Assembly: GCA_015486055.1 (NCBI GenBank)
Contig: WFSJ01000018.1
Coordinates: 34,179 to 98,178, forward strand
Length of the DNA: 64,000 bases
Direction of reading: 5' to 3'
Source: Acidobacteriota bacterium
GTDB lineage: Bacteria > Acidobacteriota > Aminicenantia > S016-38
Of this stretch, positions 1 through 9,922 are shown piece by piece (position 1 is the stretch's first letter; each line of letters begins with the position of its first letter). The notes under the pieces are model-generated. The model was not told the DNA's origin. It did not search any database and saw only the letters and a program-made list of their open reading frames with translations. Both the position numbers and the translations under genes were made by a program.

Positions 1-372
1 AGCTGCCTCCAGAGTCTTTGGAGGGAAACCAAGTCTTTTTAGGGTTGATACGGCTTCTGGTATTATTCCACTGCATAAACCTTTCCATCCTGCGTGTATT
101 GCTCCTACAAGTGTGTTTTCAATATTCCTTATTAGTATAGGGAGACAATCTGCTGTTTTTACAACCAGCAGGCGACCCTTCCTTTTGGTTATTATTGCAT
201 CACCTTCCCCTGATTCTTCAATAAGAATCTTGGAGGAATGTATCTGGTTCATCTGAAAAATCTCGTATTCTGGAAAAGAGGAGATGAGGATACTCTCTGA
301 AAGAAATTTAGTTCCAAACCCATAGACTATTCCTGCGGAAAAGAATGTGGAGATGCTAAGGGTCCTTAACAA
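1..372 (-). CDS. PgeF/YfiH-like laccase-domain protein (peptidoglycan editing factor). 5' part only, gene runs off the window start. Start uncertain (ATG at 252 or TTG at 372, the latter overlapping the murB 3' end)
   Basis: Manual translation of the minus strand gives ...EYEIFQMNQIHSSKILIEESGEGDAIITKRKGRLLVVKTADCLPILIRN...AIHAGWKGL... This contains the ADCLP and HAGW(K/R)G motifs typical of the DUF152/YfiH family. Not in the ORF track because it is truncated by the window edge. Confidence 0.55.
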   Translation of the reverse strand, partial: MLRTLSISTFFSAGIVYGFGTKFLSESILISSFPEYEIFQMNQIHSSKILIEESGEGDAIITKRKGRLLVVKTADCLPILIRNIENTLVGAIHAGWKGLCSGIIPEAVSTLKRLGFPPKTLEAA

Positions 373-1204
373 TTATTACCTCTTCTTCAAGCTCAATTGA
401 TAATTCCCTTCTTGCCCTTTCTTTGAGTATCTCTGCAAGTTTAAGAACATCCTTTGCCCTTGCCTTCCCTGAATTGATTATGAAGTTCGCATGGCCCTTA
501 AATACTTCCGCTCCTCCCACCTTTAAACCCTTTGCACCTATTTCCTCCAGGAGTTTTCCCGTAGCTATTTTATTCCCATCTGGGAGAAGGATATTCTTAA
601 AAAAACTTCCTGCACACGGGGTAGAAGCATCGGGATGTATTTTTCTCCTGTGTTCTAAAATCTTGAACATTCTTTCCTTTTCTTTTCCTTTTCCCTTTTT
701 GAGTTTAAACCAAGCTCTTATTATCACCCCACCATCCCTTTTGAACTGGGAGTCCCTGTATGCAAACCATATATTTTTACTTCTAATGATTTTCCCTTCC
801 TTCCAGTACTCTATTTCCTCTATAAAATTACTTATCTGTTTTCCAAAAGCTCCCGCATTCCCGTAAATTGCTCCTCCTAAGGTTCCTGGAATACCTGCAA
901 GATATTCTAATCCAGAAAAGCCTTTTTCTACACTATCTGCGACTATCTTTGAAAGGTCAACTCCTGCGTCTGCAACAATCCGTTTTTCATCAATTTGGCA
1001 TTCTCCTCCCCTGTTAAAAATGACCCTTTTCCTCAGGCCCTCGTCAGGGAAAAGGACATTTGTTCCCTTTCCAAAAATGAGGAAGTTTCCCTCAAGGACT
1101 TCCTTCAATTCCTCCCTTCCATTGACTATGACTACTTCCTTTGCTGGTCCACCTATTCTGAAGGATGAAAAGTTTGAGAGCGGAACTTCCTTTAAAATTT
1201 CCAT
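356..1204 (-). CDS. murB: UDP-N-acetylenolpyruvoylglucosamine reductase
   Basis: 282 aa. N-terminus EVPLSNFSSFRIGGPAKEVV plus GKGTNVLF and a GGAIYGNAGAFG FAD-binding/MurB signature. Confidence 0.9.
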   Translation of the reverse strand: MEILKEVPLSNFSSFRIGGPAKEVVIVNGREELKEVLEGNFLIFGKGTNVLFPDEGLRKRVIFNRGGECQIDEKRIVADAGVDLSKIVADSVEKGFSGLEYLAGIPGTLGGAIYGNAGAFGKQISNFIEEIEYWKEGKIIRSKNIWFAYRDSQFKRDGGVIIRAWFKLKKGKGKEKERMFKILEHRRKIHPDASTPCAGSFFKNILLPDGNKIATGKLLEEIGAKGLKVGGAEVFKGHANFIINSGKARAKDVLKLAEILKERARRELSIELEEEVIIVKDP

Positions 1205-1302
1205 GTCAAAAAAAGTTTACCTTAAGGAGCTTTCCTATCAAAGGGAATTTACAGGTAAAAATTCAAATGGGGGAAATAGGCTACTCTCTTCTGGCACGAT
1301 TT

Positions 1303-1331
1303 TTGAAGATTAATAAGTGAAAAAATAAAAA
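1303..1331 (+). promoter_or_regulatory. Candidate sigma70-type promoter for the comEA-like gene (TTGAAG-17 nt-TAAAAA, followed by AGGAGG SD)
   Basis: Read directly in the murB/comEA divergent intergenic region. The -10 is weak (TAAAAA). Confidence 0.3.
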
Positions 1332-1343
1332 AGGAGGCGCAAG

Positions 1344-1637
1344 ATGAAAAGGTTTTTAGCAAGTTTGGGAATGGTTATTTTGGTTCTGGGTGCAGCTCCA
1401 CTAATGGGAGCAAGCAAGGCAAGAAACCCTCAAAAGGCTGCAGTTTCAATTAACATCAACAAAGCTCCTGCCTCAGAGTTGGTGAAATTACCAGGAATAG
1501 GGCCAAAAAAGGCAGAGAGAATAGTTACTACAAGGAGAAGGATTGGAGGGTTCAAGAGAGTTGAGGACATAATGAAGGTAAAGGGAATAGGAGAGAAAAC
1601 CTTCAAGAGGATAAGGCCTATGATAAGGGTGAAGTGA
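1344..1637 (+). CDS. comEA: ComEA-like helix-hairpin-helix DNA-binding protein with N-terminal signal peptide
   Basis: 97 aa. Hydrophobic N-terminus, then an HhH motif (LPGIGPKKAERIV...VKGIGEKTFKRI), as in competence protein ComEA. Confidence 0.7.
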   Translation: MKRFLASLGMVILVLGAAPLMGASKARNPQKAAVSININKAPASELVKLPGIGPKKAERIVTTRRRIGGFKRVEDIMKVKGIGEKTFKRIRPMIRVK

Positions 1638-1646
1638 CTCTGCGAA

Positions 1647-1670
1647 GGAGGGGAGCAATCCCCTCCTTTA
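1647..1670 (+). terminator. Rho-independent terminator-like hairpin (GGAGGGGA-gcaa-TCCCCTCC) followed by TTTATGT. It lies between the convergent comEA-like and lptFG genes
   Basis: Perfect 8-bp GC-rich stem with a 4-nt loop, read directly. The T-tract is short and overlaps the lptFG stop codon. Confidence 0.45.
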
Positions 1671-3938
1671 TGTCCTTACGAAGGTAAAAAGAATAAGTCC
1701 TATAAGAAGAAATATTATATTTGCAGTCCAGGCAGCGAGGGTAGGGGATAAAATCATTGCTTCCCCTAAAGACTTGAAAACCCCAAGGAATGACCAATAA
1801 ATTCCTGCAAGGGCAAGACTCAAACCAATTCCTATGGTTGTTCCCTTAGTCCCAAGGATCAAACCAATGGGAATAGCCAGGAAAGCCATTATAAAAGCAG
1901 CCATTGGGAAAGAACCCTTCGTTTCAAGCTCAACCTTTAATCTATCCGTCCTGAAACCGTCGCTCTCCATTTCTTTTATATAATTATTCAGTTCCCCTAT
2001 GCTCATTTCATCAGGGGGTTTGATTTCTCTCACAAAAAAAGAGGGGGGTTCCCCTATATCCAGTCTCATAGTATCGGCCTGCTCAAATTTTCCATCGCCA
2101 GAAATAAAATCTCTGAACCAGATCCCTTTAAGAATCCACTTCCCTCCTCTCCAGAGAGCCTTTCTTGCATGAATTACTTTTTCCATTGAGAAGTCCTTTC
2201 CTGTTGAAATGAAAGTCAGGTCATAAAAAGTTTTTTCCCTCTCATCGTAGTGGAGGTAATGAAAAATCTTTCCTTTTGTGAATATCCACCTTCTGCTTAC
2301 GCGATAATGAGTCATAGGTTTTCTTCCCTTTATGAAGCTCTTGACAGCTTCTGCCTTTCTGTTTGAAATAGGGAGGACTTTTTCCTGTATTCCGTAAGAA
2401 ATAAAGCTTATCAATAGGGAAAAAGTAAGAAGGGGTATTGAAAATCGGAAAAGACTGATTCCCCCGGATTTTATCCCTGTGATTTCCCCCTTCCTGTGGA
2501 AAAGGGAAATTGTCACAATGAGAGAGACTAAAATAGTGAGGGGAAGTATGTAATAAAAAATCTGAGGGGAGAAGAAATAAAGGTATTTCAGGATGTAAAT
2601 AAAAGCTCTTTTGTTTTCAAAAAGGTCATCTATCAGTTCAAAAAAACTTATTAGAAGGGAAATTATATAAAGGGCAGAAAAGGCAATCAAGAAGACCTTG
2701 GACAAGTTTGATAATGCATATCTATCAATAGCAGAGAAAGGCCTTATTAACAAGCGCGGGAATTCTACTTCTATTTCCCTTGATTTCAATGGGATGCTTA
2801 TAGGCAGAGTTTTACCTCTCCTTGCTGGATTTAAAGAGCCTTTTATTCTTGGAAGAAGGGATAAGATAAAAAATATAATGAGAAAATTAGGAATCCATAG
2901 CCCAATTGAAGCAGGAAGCTTTCCTTGTTCCACGAAGCTTCTCCCTCCTGAATAAGCAACATAATAGAGAACGACTGTTATTATGGATAGAGCAAAGCCA
3001 AAGCCTGTTCCTCCCTTTTTTGTATTCACTGAAAGAAAAAGCCCTAAGATAACAAAAAGAAATGTTGCGAGGGCAAAAGCTATCCTTGTATGAATTTCCA
3101 TCATCAAAAATCTTTTTTTTAGCGGTGAAATTTCTCCTTCCTTCAGCTTCTTTAATATTGAAGGGAGTGTCTTTTCCCTAGGTCTTTCCCCGATTTTCAG
3201 CTTCGGGAAAACAAGGGAGCTCTTTAATTTTTCTACCGCTCTTTTAAAGTAGCTCCTGGAGTATTCCTCAGGTTTCAGGATATTGTAACTGTGGATTTCC
3301 CCGTCTTCAAGGTAGAAATAGGCCTCCCTTTTAGCCCTGTCTATTACGAGTTTCCCCTTCCTTGCGAATATTAATCTTTCTTCTTTTTTCGTGTATATTT
3401 CTATAAAAAGGTTTTCCCATAGACCTTTCCCTTTTTCCCCGACATATAGGGTAAGCTTTGGTATTCCTTCAAAGAAATTACCCCCCCTTATTTCTCTTTC
3501 TGTTTTGGAAATTGCCATTTCATAAAGAGATTTTTCAATTTTCAAATTTGCAGAGGGAGTTATGTACATATTAGTCATTAGATTTAGGAGAAAGAAAAAA
3601 ATTCCTAGGGCAAGAACGGGTCTTAAAAGCCTTGTTGTTGGTATTGCAAGAGTTCTTAAAGCAAGAATCTCTCTCTCGGCTGACATCCTGCTTATTCCCG
3701 CAAGAACACCCATAAGGAGGCTCATAGGAATAGTGATGGGAAGAAAGGAAAGGGTGAGATTTATAAGAAGAATCCCTATTTCAGAAATGGAAGCTCCTTT
3801 TAGAACCAACAACTGGGCAACCTCAAGAAGGCTTCCCATTATAAGGCCGAAGGAGAAAAGGAAAAATCCTATTATGGTGGAAGGAATAATTTCCTTCAGT
3901 ATGTATCTATCAAGGAGCACAAAAATAGAATACCACAT
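1668..3938 (-). CDS. Fused LptF/LptG-type LPS export permease (two YjgP/YjgQ domains in one 756-aa polypeptide)
   Basis: N-terminus DRYILKEIIPSTIIGFF is LptF/G-like. A second LptG-like start (FSAIDRYALSNLSKVFLIAFSAL) appears around residue 390, each followed by TM segments and a periplasmic domain. Confidence 0.75.
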   Translation of the reverse strand: MWYSIFVLLDRYILKEIIPSTIIGFFLFSFGLIMGSLLEVAQLLVLKGASISEIGILLINLTLSFLPITIPMSLLMGVLAGISRMSAEREILALRTLAIPTTRLLRPVLALGIFFFLLNLMTNMYITPSANLKIEKSLYEMAISKTEREIRGGNFFEGIPKLTLYVGEKGKGLWENLFIEIYTKKEERLIFARKGKLVIDRAKREAYFYLEDGEIHSYNILKPEEYSRSYFKRAVEKLKSSLVFPKLKIGERPREKTLPSILKKLKEGEISPLKKRFLMMEIHTRIAFALATFLFVILGLFLSVNTKKGGTGFGFALSIITVVLYYVAYSGGRSFVEQGKLPASIGLWIPNFLIIFFILSLLPRIKGSLNPARRGKTLPISIPLKSREIEVEFPRLLIRPFSAIDRYALSNLSKVFLIAFSALYIISLLISFFELIDDLFENKRAFIYILKYLYFFSPQIFYYILPLTILVSLIVTISLFHRKGEITGIKSGGISLFRFSIPLLTFSLLISFISYGIQEKVLPISNRKAEAVKSFIKGRKPMTHYRVSRRWIFTKGKIFHYLHYDEREKTFYDLTFISTGKDFSMEKVIHARKALWRGGKWILKGIWFRDFISGDGKFEQADTMRLDIGEPPSFFVREIKPPDEMSIGELNNYIKEMESDGFRTDRLKVELETKGSFPMAAFIMAFLAIPIGLILGTKGTTIGIGLSLALAGIYWSFLGVFKSLGEAMILSPTLAAWTANIIFLLIGLILFTFVRT

Positions 3939-3978
3939 TAAGGTTTTTAAAGGTTGATAGTTCTGATAGAATCCTCTT

Positions 3979-5274
3979 ATGGAAAGGGCTTACATTGAAG
4001 ATGTAGGGAAGCATATCGGTGAGGAAATAGAGATAAGGGGATGGGTCTACAACAAGAGATCAAGCGGCAGAGTGAGGTTTTTACTCGTGAGGGATGGGAC
4101 AGGAATAATTCAAGCGACTACCTACAGCAAAGGGAAAGATAACCCTCTTTTCAGGGAATTTGACAGATTGACCCAGGAGAGCTCAGTGATAATAAGGGGG
4201 AGGATAAAAGAGGAGAAGAGGGCCCCTGGAGGATACGAGATGGAGCTTGCAGAGATATCGCCGGTTCAGATTTCCGAGAATTATCCTATAACACCAAAAG
4301 AGCATGGTGTGGGATTTCTTATGAGTAATCGTCATCTCTGGCTCCGTTCTTCAAGGCAGCATGCGATATTGAGGATAAGGCACGAAATAATAAGGTCAAT
4401 AAGGGATTTTTTTGATAACGAGAAGAAATTCACTCTTATAGATGCGCCTATATTAACCCCTGCTGCCTGTGAAGGGACAACAACCCTTTTTGACACTGAC
4501 TACTTTGGGGAAAAAGCTTATCTCAGCCAGAGCGGACAGCTTTACATGGAGGCAGCTGCGATGGCGTTTGGAAAGGTTTATTGCTTCGGTCCTACATTCA
4601 GAGCAGAGAAATCCAAGACAAGGAGACATCTAATGGAATTCTGGATGGTTGAACCTGAGATCGCATATTTTAAGCTTGATGATGATATTGCCCTTGCTGA
4701 AGAACTTGTAGAATTTATAGTAAAAAGGGTGGTAGAGAAAAGAGGGGAGGAGCTACTGAAACTTGAAAGGAATGTAGAAATTCTGAAAAAAATAGAGAGA
4801 CCCTTTGTGAAGATGAGCTATGATGAGGCAATAGAAACATTAAAAAAGGAGGGCTTCCATATAAAATGGGGTGACGAAATCGGAGGGGATGAAGAGACTG
4901 TTCTTGCAAGCAAGTTTGAAAGCCCAATGGTCCTTCACAGATTTCCCGCGGCTCAGAAGGCATTCTACATGGAGCCCGACCCTGAAAGACCTGAACTTTC
5001 CCTTTCCTTTGATCTTCTTGCTCCAGAGGGCTATGGAGAAATAATAGGGGGTTCTGAAAGGATAAGTAATTATGACCTTCTCCTTGAGAGAATTAAGGAA
5101 AATAAATTACCGGGGGAAGCATTCAAATGGTATCTTGATCTGAGGAAATACGGCTCTGTTCCTCATTCTGGTTTTGGTATGGGAATTGAGAGAACTATTG
5201 CGTGGATAGCAGGGATTAAACATGTTAGGGAGACAATTCCATTCCCGAGATTGCTCTATAAAATCTACCCTTGA
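3979..5274 (+). CDS. asnS: Asparaginyl-tRNA synthetase
   Basis: 431 aa class IIb aaRS. N-terminal OB fold, [21 protein letters not shown] (FRAE rather than the FRDE of AspRS), C-terminal GFGMGIERT. Confidence 0.85.
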   Translation: MERAYIEDVGKHIGEEIEIRGWVYNKRSSGRVRFLLVRDGTGIIQATTYSKGKDNPLFREFDRLTQESSVIIRGRIKEEKRAPGGYEMELAEISPVQISENYPITPKEHGVGFLMSNRHLWLRSSRQHAILRIRHEIIRSIRDFFDNEKKFTLIDAPILTPAACEGTTTLFDTDYFGEKAYLSQSGQLYMEAAAMAFGKVYCFGPTFRAEKSKTRRHLMEFWMVEPEIAYFKLDDDIALAEELVEFIVKRVVEKRGEELLKLERNVEILKKIERPFVKMSYDEAIETLKKEGFHIKWGDEIGGDEETVLASKFESPMVLHRFPAAQKAFYMEPDPERPELSLSFDLLAPEGYGEIIGGSERISNYDLLLERIKENKLPGEAFKWYLDLRKYGSVPHSGFGMGIERTIAWIAGIKHVRETIPFPRLLYKIYP

Positions 5275-6545
5275 GAGTTGCTTTCATAAGTTTGGGCTGT
5301 GCAAAGGCTTTGGTGGATACTGAGATAATGATGGGAATATTGAAGGAAAATGGACATTCAATAACACCTGAGATTGAAAGTGCGGATGTTGTGGTTGTTA
5401 ATACCTGCTCCTTCATAGAAGATGCAAGGAAGGAAACAGAAGAAACTATAGAAGAGGTCCTTTCCCTTGGAAAAAGAATAGTTATTGCGGGCTGTTATGT
5501 TAATAGATATAGAAAAGCATTGAATAAAAGATTTCCAGGGATTTATTCGACAGTTTCTACAGAGGAGATCTCGAAGATAGAGGATGCAATTCACGGGATG
5601 AAACCCCATTATGACGGATTTTACCTCCAGTCTCACACAACTCCAAGACTTATATCTACTCCTCCTTCTTGGGCATACCTAAAAATCTCTGAGGGTTGTT
5701 CAAGAGGGTGCGCTTTTTGCGCAATACCAAAGATAAGGGGGTTTTACAGATCAAGAAGTATAGAGGACATCTCCATCGAGGCGAAAAGGCTTGAAGAAGG
5801 AGGAAGATTGGAAATGGACATAATTTCTCAGGACACAACTTATTTCGGGAATGACAGGGGAAAAAGCGAAATAATACCTCTTCTTGAGAAGATACTTTCC
5901 AATACTAAAAAATCATGGATAAGGCTTCTTTACCTTTATCCCTCGGAGGAGATTCTAAAAATTCTTCCTCTTTTTTCAGAGAAAAGGCTTCTTCCTTATT
6001 TTGACATTCCTTTTCAGCATGCAAACAGAGATGTACTTAAATCAATGGGAAGGCCATGGGATGGTAGAAAGTATCTTGAACTAATAGAGAAAATAAGAGA
6101 TTCAGTTGAGGATGCCACAATAAGAACTTCCCTTATAGTTGGATTTCCAACCGAGGGCCCTGCAGAATTTGATGAGCTTTTGAATTGGGTTTACAAGGCA
6201 AGAATAGATAGGCTCGGGATATTTACATACTCGAGGGAGAAAGGAACCAAAGCCTACGCTTTAGGAGATCCTGTGGGAGCAGAAGAAAAAAGCAGGAGAG
6301 CCGAACTTATAGCTCAGGCGCAGATTGAGATAAGCAAAGAGAAAAACAGAAGAATGGTAGGAAGAGAATTAGAAGTGGTAGTTGAGGGGAAATTAGGAGG
6401 AGACATTTCTTTTGCCAGATCATCTCATTTTGCTCCCGAGGTTGACGGCGGAATTTATATAAGAGGAAAAACTTCGTTGGGGGAATTTGCCAAGATAAAG
6501 ATAAATAGTTCTTCCATCTATGACCTTGAGGGAGAAGTTTTATGA
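5271..6545 (+). CDS. rimO: Ribosomal protein S12 methylthiotransferase RimO (radical SAM MTTase with C-terminal TRAM domain)
   Basis: N-terminal MTTase domain ([16 protein letters not shown]), radical-SAM [12 protein letters not shown]-terminal TRAM-like domain. TTG start with a 4-nt overlap of the asnS stop. Confidence 0.8.
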   Translation: MRVAFISLGCAKALVDTEIMMGILKENGHSITPEIESADVVVVNTCSFIEDARKETEETIEEVLSLGKRIVIAGCYVNRYRKALNKRFPGIYSTVSTEEISKIEDAIHGMKPHYDGFYLQSHTTPRLISTPPSWAYLKISEGCSRGCAFCAIPKIRGFYRSRSIEDISIEAKRLEEGGRLEMDIISQDTTYFGNDRGKSEIIPLLEKILSNTKKSWIRLLYLYPSEEILKILPLFSEKRLLPYFDIPFQHANRDVLKSMGRPWDGRKYLELIEKIRDSVEDATIRTSLIVGFPTEGPAEFDELLNWVYKARIDRLGIFTYSREKGTKAYALGDPVGAEEKSRRAELIAQAQIEISKEKNRRMVGRELEVVVEGKLGGDISFARSSHFAPEVDGGIYIRGKTSLGEFAKIKINSSSIYDLEGEVL

Positions 6546-6988
6546 AGAAAATAGCCCTTCTCTGGGCCCACTTCTTTTTTATGGGATTTTTTCCCTTTTT
6601 TGCGGGAACATTTGTGAGCTTGATAATAGCAGCGGCCTATTTTTTCTTTCTTCAGAGCGTAAATCTATGGGTTATGGTAGTCATTTCGGCACTCGTTTTT
6701 TTGACAGGGATTCCGGCATCTTCATATGCCGAAGAATACCAGGGTAAGCAGGACCCAAAAAGCGTTGTCATAGATGAAGTTGCAGGCCAGCTAATAGCTC
6801 TTCTTTGGGCTAAAGGGCTCCTTCAGGTATCCATTGCCTTTGTTCTCTTTAGGATTTTTGATGGATTGAAGCCTTTCCCTCTGAGAAAGTTTGAGGACTT
6901 TGGTGGGGGACTTGGAATAATGATGGATGATGTTGGAGCCGGACTTTATTCCTTAGTTCTTGTTTCTCTATTTAGGCTTTTGAGCTAA
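6542..6988 (+). CDS. pgpA: Phosphatidylglycerophosphatase A
   Basis: 148 aa hydrophobic protein with PgpA motifs (DEVAGQLIALLW ... FRIFDGLKPFPL ... GGLGIMMDDVGAGLYS). ATGA overlap with the rimO stop. Confidence 0.8.
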   Translation: MKKIALLWAHFFFMGFFPFFAGTFVSLIIAAAYFFFLQSVNLWVMVVISALVFLTGIPASSYAEEYQGKQDPKSVVIDEVAGQLIALLWAKGLLQVSIAFVLFRIFDGLKPFPLRKFEDFGGGLGIMMDDVGAGLYSLVLVSLFRLLS

Positions 6989-7672
6989 TATGGCCAGAAA
7001 ACTCCCTTCATTAAAACCTTCCTTTGGCTTCTCTATCTTTTCGTCTTCCCCTGGCTGAAGGAATAATGTCTGGCCTGCTTTCCTGATGTGGAATCCGTTT
7101 GATAAAAGAATTTTCTTGATCTCCTTAAATGTGAAGAATCTGGCTATTTCGTAAAATGGAGAATCCTTCTTTATGTAAAATTTTCCCCATGAAGATTCTC
7201 TATCTATGAATGCAACCAAAAGTTCTCCTCCTGGGCTTAAAACTCTGTAGCTTTCCTGGATTACTTTGGAAGGCTTTTCCACGAAGCAAATGGTAATGGC
7301 TATAAGAATAGAGTTGAATGTAGCAGACTTAAAGGGTAACTTTTCTCCCACGCCCACAGCGGATTTTACCCCTCTTTTAATGGCAAACTTTAGCATTTTG
7401 ATGGATGGGTCTATACCGAATTTTATCCTCAATCTATGGGCAAATCTTCCTGTTCCTACACCCACCTCAAGGCTTTTTCCCCTGAAATTTCCCATAGAGT
7501 AAATAAGGTTGAGCTCGGACTCATAAAGTTTTTTGTGTTTTTCATACCAGAGTTCATACCTCTGGATGTTTCTCGAAAAAGCCTCAGCTTTCTTCCGAAG
7601 TTTTGAGGAGGGCATTAAATTTTTTGCTGAGGCGGGACTTATATCTACTTCCCTTGTTTTCGTGGAAGACAC
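6968..7672 (-). CDS. Class I SAM-dependent methyltransferase (UbiE/type-11 family). Start codon uncertain, since the track ORF overlaps the rpsT 3' end
   Basis: Motif I LEVGVGTGRFAHRL and post-I LSPGGELLVAFID. Confidence 0.65.
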   Translation of the reverse strand: MSSTKTREVDISPASAKNLMPSSKLRKKAEAFSRNIQRYELWYEKHKKLYESELNLIYSMGNFRGKSLEVGVGTGRFAHRLRIKFGIDPSIKMLKFAIKRGVKSAVGVGEKLPFKSATFNSILIAITICFVEKPSKVIQESYRVLSPGGELLVAFIDRESSWGKFYIKKDSPFYEIARFFTFKEIKKILLSNGFHIRKAGQTLFLQPGEDEKIEKPKEGFNEGSFLAILAQKPK

Positions 7673-7865
7673 CCTTCTTTACAGCTCTGTCTATCTCAAC
7701 CATGGTTTGTTTATAAAGGGATTTTGCCCCTTCAATATTCTTTGCTTCTATGGCAACCTTTAATTTTTTTATGAAGGTATTTGTCCTGGATTTTACGGCC
7801 CTGTTTATGACCCTTCTTCTCAGGTTCGCCCTCAATTCTTTTTTTGCTGAGCTTGTATTTGGCAT
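7584..7865 (-). CDS. rpsT: 30S ribosomal protein S20
   Basis: MPNTSSAKKELRANLRRRVINRAVKSRTNTFIKK... is typical S20. The internal ATG at 7865 has a GGAGG SD 7 nt upstream. Confidence 0.9.
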   Translation of the reverse strand: MPNTSSAKKELRANLRRRVINRAVKSRTNTFIKKLKVAIEAKNIEGAKSLYKQTMVEIDRAVKKGVFHENKGSRYKSRLSKKFNALLKTSEES

Positions 7866-7884
7866 ATTTACCTCCAAAGTCTAT

Positions 7885-7912
7885 ATTTTACAAAATCACT
7901 TTTCTTTGTCAA
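7885..7912 (-). promoter_or_regulatory. Candidate sigma70 promoter for rpsT (minus strand TTGACA-16 nt-TAAAAT, then GGAGG SD)
   Basis: Reverse complement of 7885-7912 read directly. Consensus -35 hexamer. Confidence 0.45.
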
Positions 7913-7922
7913 TAATTATACT

Positions 7923-8696
7923 ATGAAGAAGTTTCTCCTTTGGTTATCAGCTTTTATCATAACAGTTTTTCTTGCCTATTACCAGAGAGTTACAGGGCCA
8001 ACATATCCTGTAAAGGGAAAAGCTATGGATGTAGCATACAATCTCCCAAGGACTCACAATACAGGTAAAGACGCCTGTTTCAGGATAAAATCGCCCTACG
8101 AAGGCAAGGTTCTATTCAGGCATCATGGAACAAGTGAACCCTGGAAAGAATTGGAGATGAAAAGGGGTGGAGACTTTATTATAGGGTGTCTTCCTTCCCA
8201 ACCCCCTGCAGGTAAAATAGATTACATGGTTTTCCTGAGGATAAAGGGCGAAGAGCATTCCCTCAGAAAAAATCCAGTTACAATAAGATTCAAAGGGGAA
8301 GTTCCATTGGGAATACTTATCACCCATATATTGATTATATTTTTCGCCATGCTTTTTGCATCAAGAGCTGGTCTTGAAGCAATTTTCGGGGGAAACCTCA
8401 AGCCATATGTTTGTTGGACATTCTATCTCTTTCTACTTGGAGCCTTAGTCCTTGGGCCAATAGTTCAGAAATACGCATTCGGGGTTTTCTGGAGTGGATT
8501 TCCCTTGGGCCATGACCTTACCGATACAAAGGTTCTGGTTCCCATTCTTTTCTGGCTTTTCCTGTACATCAGGGCTCTAAAGGGGAAATTAAAGAGGAAA
8601 GAAGTTTTTATTGCCTGGGCATTTATGTTAATTGTTTTTCTAATTCCTCATAGCCTTCTTGGTTCCGAGCTCAAGTATACGAATCCTCCCGAGTAA
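7923..8696 (+). CDS. Hypothetical membrane protein (N-terminal TM, soluble central part, C-terminal multi-TM region)
   Basis: 257 aa. No recognisable motif. Hydrophobic segments at the N-terminus and from about residue 130. Confidence 0.45.
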   Translation: MKKFLLWLSAFIITVFLAYYQRVTGPTYPVKGKAMDVAYNLPRTHNTGKDACFRIKSPYEGKVLFRHHGTSEPWKELEMKRGGDFIIGCLPSQPPAGKIDYMVFLRIKGEEHSLRKNPVTIRFKGEVPLGILITHILIIFFAMLFASRAGLEAIFGGNLKPYVCWTFYLFLLGALVLGPIVQKYAFGVFWSGFPLGHDLTDTKVLVPILFWLFLYIRALKGKLKRKEVFIAWAFMLIVFLIPHSLLGSELKYTNPPE

Positions 8697-9020
8697 AGAT
8701 ATAATAAACCTCCATCCTTTTCCCTCGCACAGAAGGTCAATATGCCCTGTAGGTGCAACATATCCTGAGGGATGAAAAACTATTTTTTTACATGAGACTC
8801 TGCATCCCTTGAGCTTTAATTCCGATTTTAAAATCAATTTATCTCCGCTGCACAGGACAGGTATTTTTTCTCTTCCTATGAGAGAGGTTACCTTTGCTGC
8901 CCTCAGCTTGGTGAGGACAGCATCCCTCTTCCATGTTCTTCCTGGCCTTACAAGGAAAAACACCGGGATGGAAACTATGGCGAGCACGACAAGAACTTCA
9001 ATTAAGGAAAATCCCCTCAT
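8640..9020 (-). CDS. Minor pseudopilin, prepilin-type N-terminal domain (type II secretion/type IV pilus family)
   Basis: N-terminus MRGFSLIEVLVVLAIV gives the G|F-x-x-x-E prepilin peptidase cleavage and methylation motif. Confidence 0.7.
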   Translation of the reverse strand: MRGFSLIEVLVVLAIVSIPVFFLVRPGRTWKRDAVLTKLRAAKVTSLIGREKIPVLCSGDKLILKSELKLKGCRVSCKKIVFHPSGYVAPTGHIDLLCEGKGWRFIISLLGRIRILELGTKKAMRN

Positions 9021-9922
9021 TTTTCCACCTCTGATAAGGAAAATTTAGAAAAGGCGAGGGTTTCCTCAGGGAACTCCATTCTTGGGTAATAATCGATTTC
9101 TTCGGGTTTCCTCCTTAATTTCCATTCTCCCTGCACTCTCATAGCCTGAATTCCTCCTTCAAGAATCCCTTCTCCCTGAAAAATCACACTCTCGGCCAAT
9201 AATTCTGCTTTCAGGGTTCCTCCTCCTTTTATTGTGATTCTTGAGTCTCCAAAATAATCCTTGAAGAAACCCTCTCCAGAAGAGATGAGCACTGTTTTTT
9301 GAGAGGCGAAATTCTCAGTTTTTATTGGCCCAGAGCAGAGGAGGACAAAATCCGCTTCTCCTGATATATTGCATTGGCCATCAACTACAATGAAGGACTT
9401 GGCTTCTATATCCTGTCCGGAAGAACTGATGAGAGCTTTTCCATCTTTCCCGGTAATATGAGAGTTCCCGGAGACATAAATCCCTTCTCTTTTGCCTTTT
9501 ATGGTGTAGAAAGTATCAGAGATTTGAATTAATTCAGGTTCGCCGAAAACGGAGTTTATGATTTCCTCAGAGGATGGAAAATCATTTAGCTTGAGGTCGG
9601 GGAAAATAGAGAGAGGGGCAATGCCTTTAACAAATATTGCTTCTCCCAAAAGTGCAAGGTTACCTTCGCTGAAAAATCCTTTTGTATCCTTTATGTAATA
9701 TTCTTCCCTTTCCTCTAAGTTTTCAAAAATAGGTGCTGTTTCTCCATCCACACATGCTTCCCATTTTTCTTCAAGGGATTCTATTACTCTGGAATACTCC
9801 CTTACGGATTTCCAGCCCGAGGTTCCCCTTTTTAAGAGGCTTTCAGAAATTGAGATTATGAATATTGAGGAACTTAGGAGCAGAAGCAAAAGTATGATTG
9901 AAGCATAGGCAAAACCTTTCAT
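9017..9922 (-). CDS. Pseudopilin-like protein lacking Glu+5 (GspK/PilX-like candidate)
   Basis: 301 aa. N-terminus MKGFAYASIILLLLL has the prepilin-like hydrophobic helix but no Glu5. Lies in an operon with three canonical pseudopilins. Confidence 0.5.
   Translation of the reverse strand: MKGFAYASIILLLLLLSSSIFIISISESLLKRGTSGWKSVREYSRVIESLEEKWEACVDGETAPIFENLEEREEYYIKDTKGFFSEGNLALLGEAIFVKGIAPLSIFPDLKLNDFPSSEEIINSVFGEPELIQISDTFYTIKGKREGIYVSGNSHITGKDGKALISSSGQDIEAKSFIVVDGQCNISGEADFVLLCSGPIKTENFASQKTVLISSGEGFFKDYFGDSRITIKGGGTLKAELLAESVIFQGEGILEGGIQAMRVQGEWKLRRKPEEIDYYPRMEFPEETLAFSKFSLSEVEK

Noticed and set aside
423-1313. Plus-strand ORFs 423-866 and 1020-1313 opposite murB
   Set aside because: Antisense to a well-supported murB
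3979-5274. Possibility that this is a second AspRS (archaeal type)
   Set aside because: Motif-2 region reads FRAE (AsnRS) rather than FRDE. A bona fide bacterial AspRS is at 40.4-42.1 kb
7584-7672. 89-nt same-strand overlap of methyltransferase and rpsT ORFs
   Set aside because: Most likely an over-extended track ORF. The methyltransferase probably starts at a downstream codon
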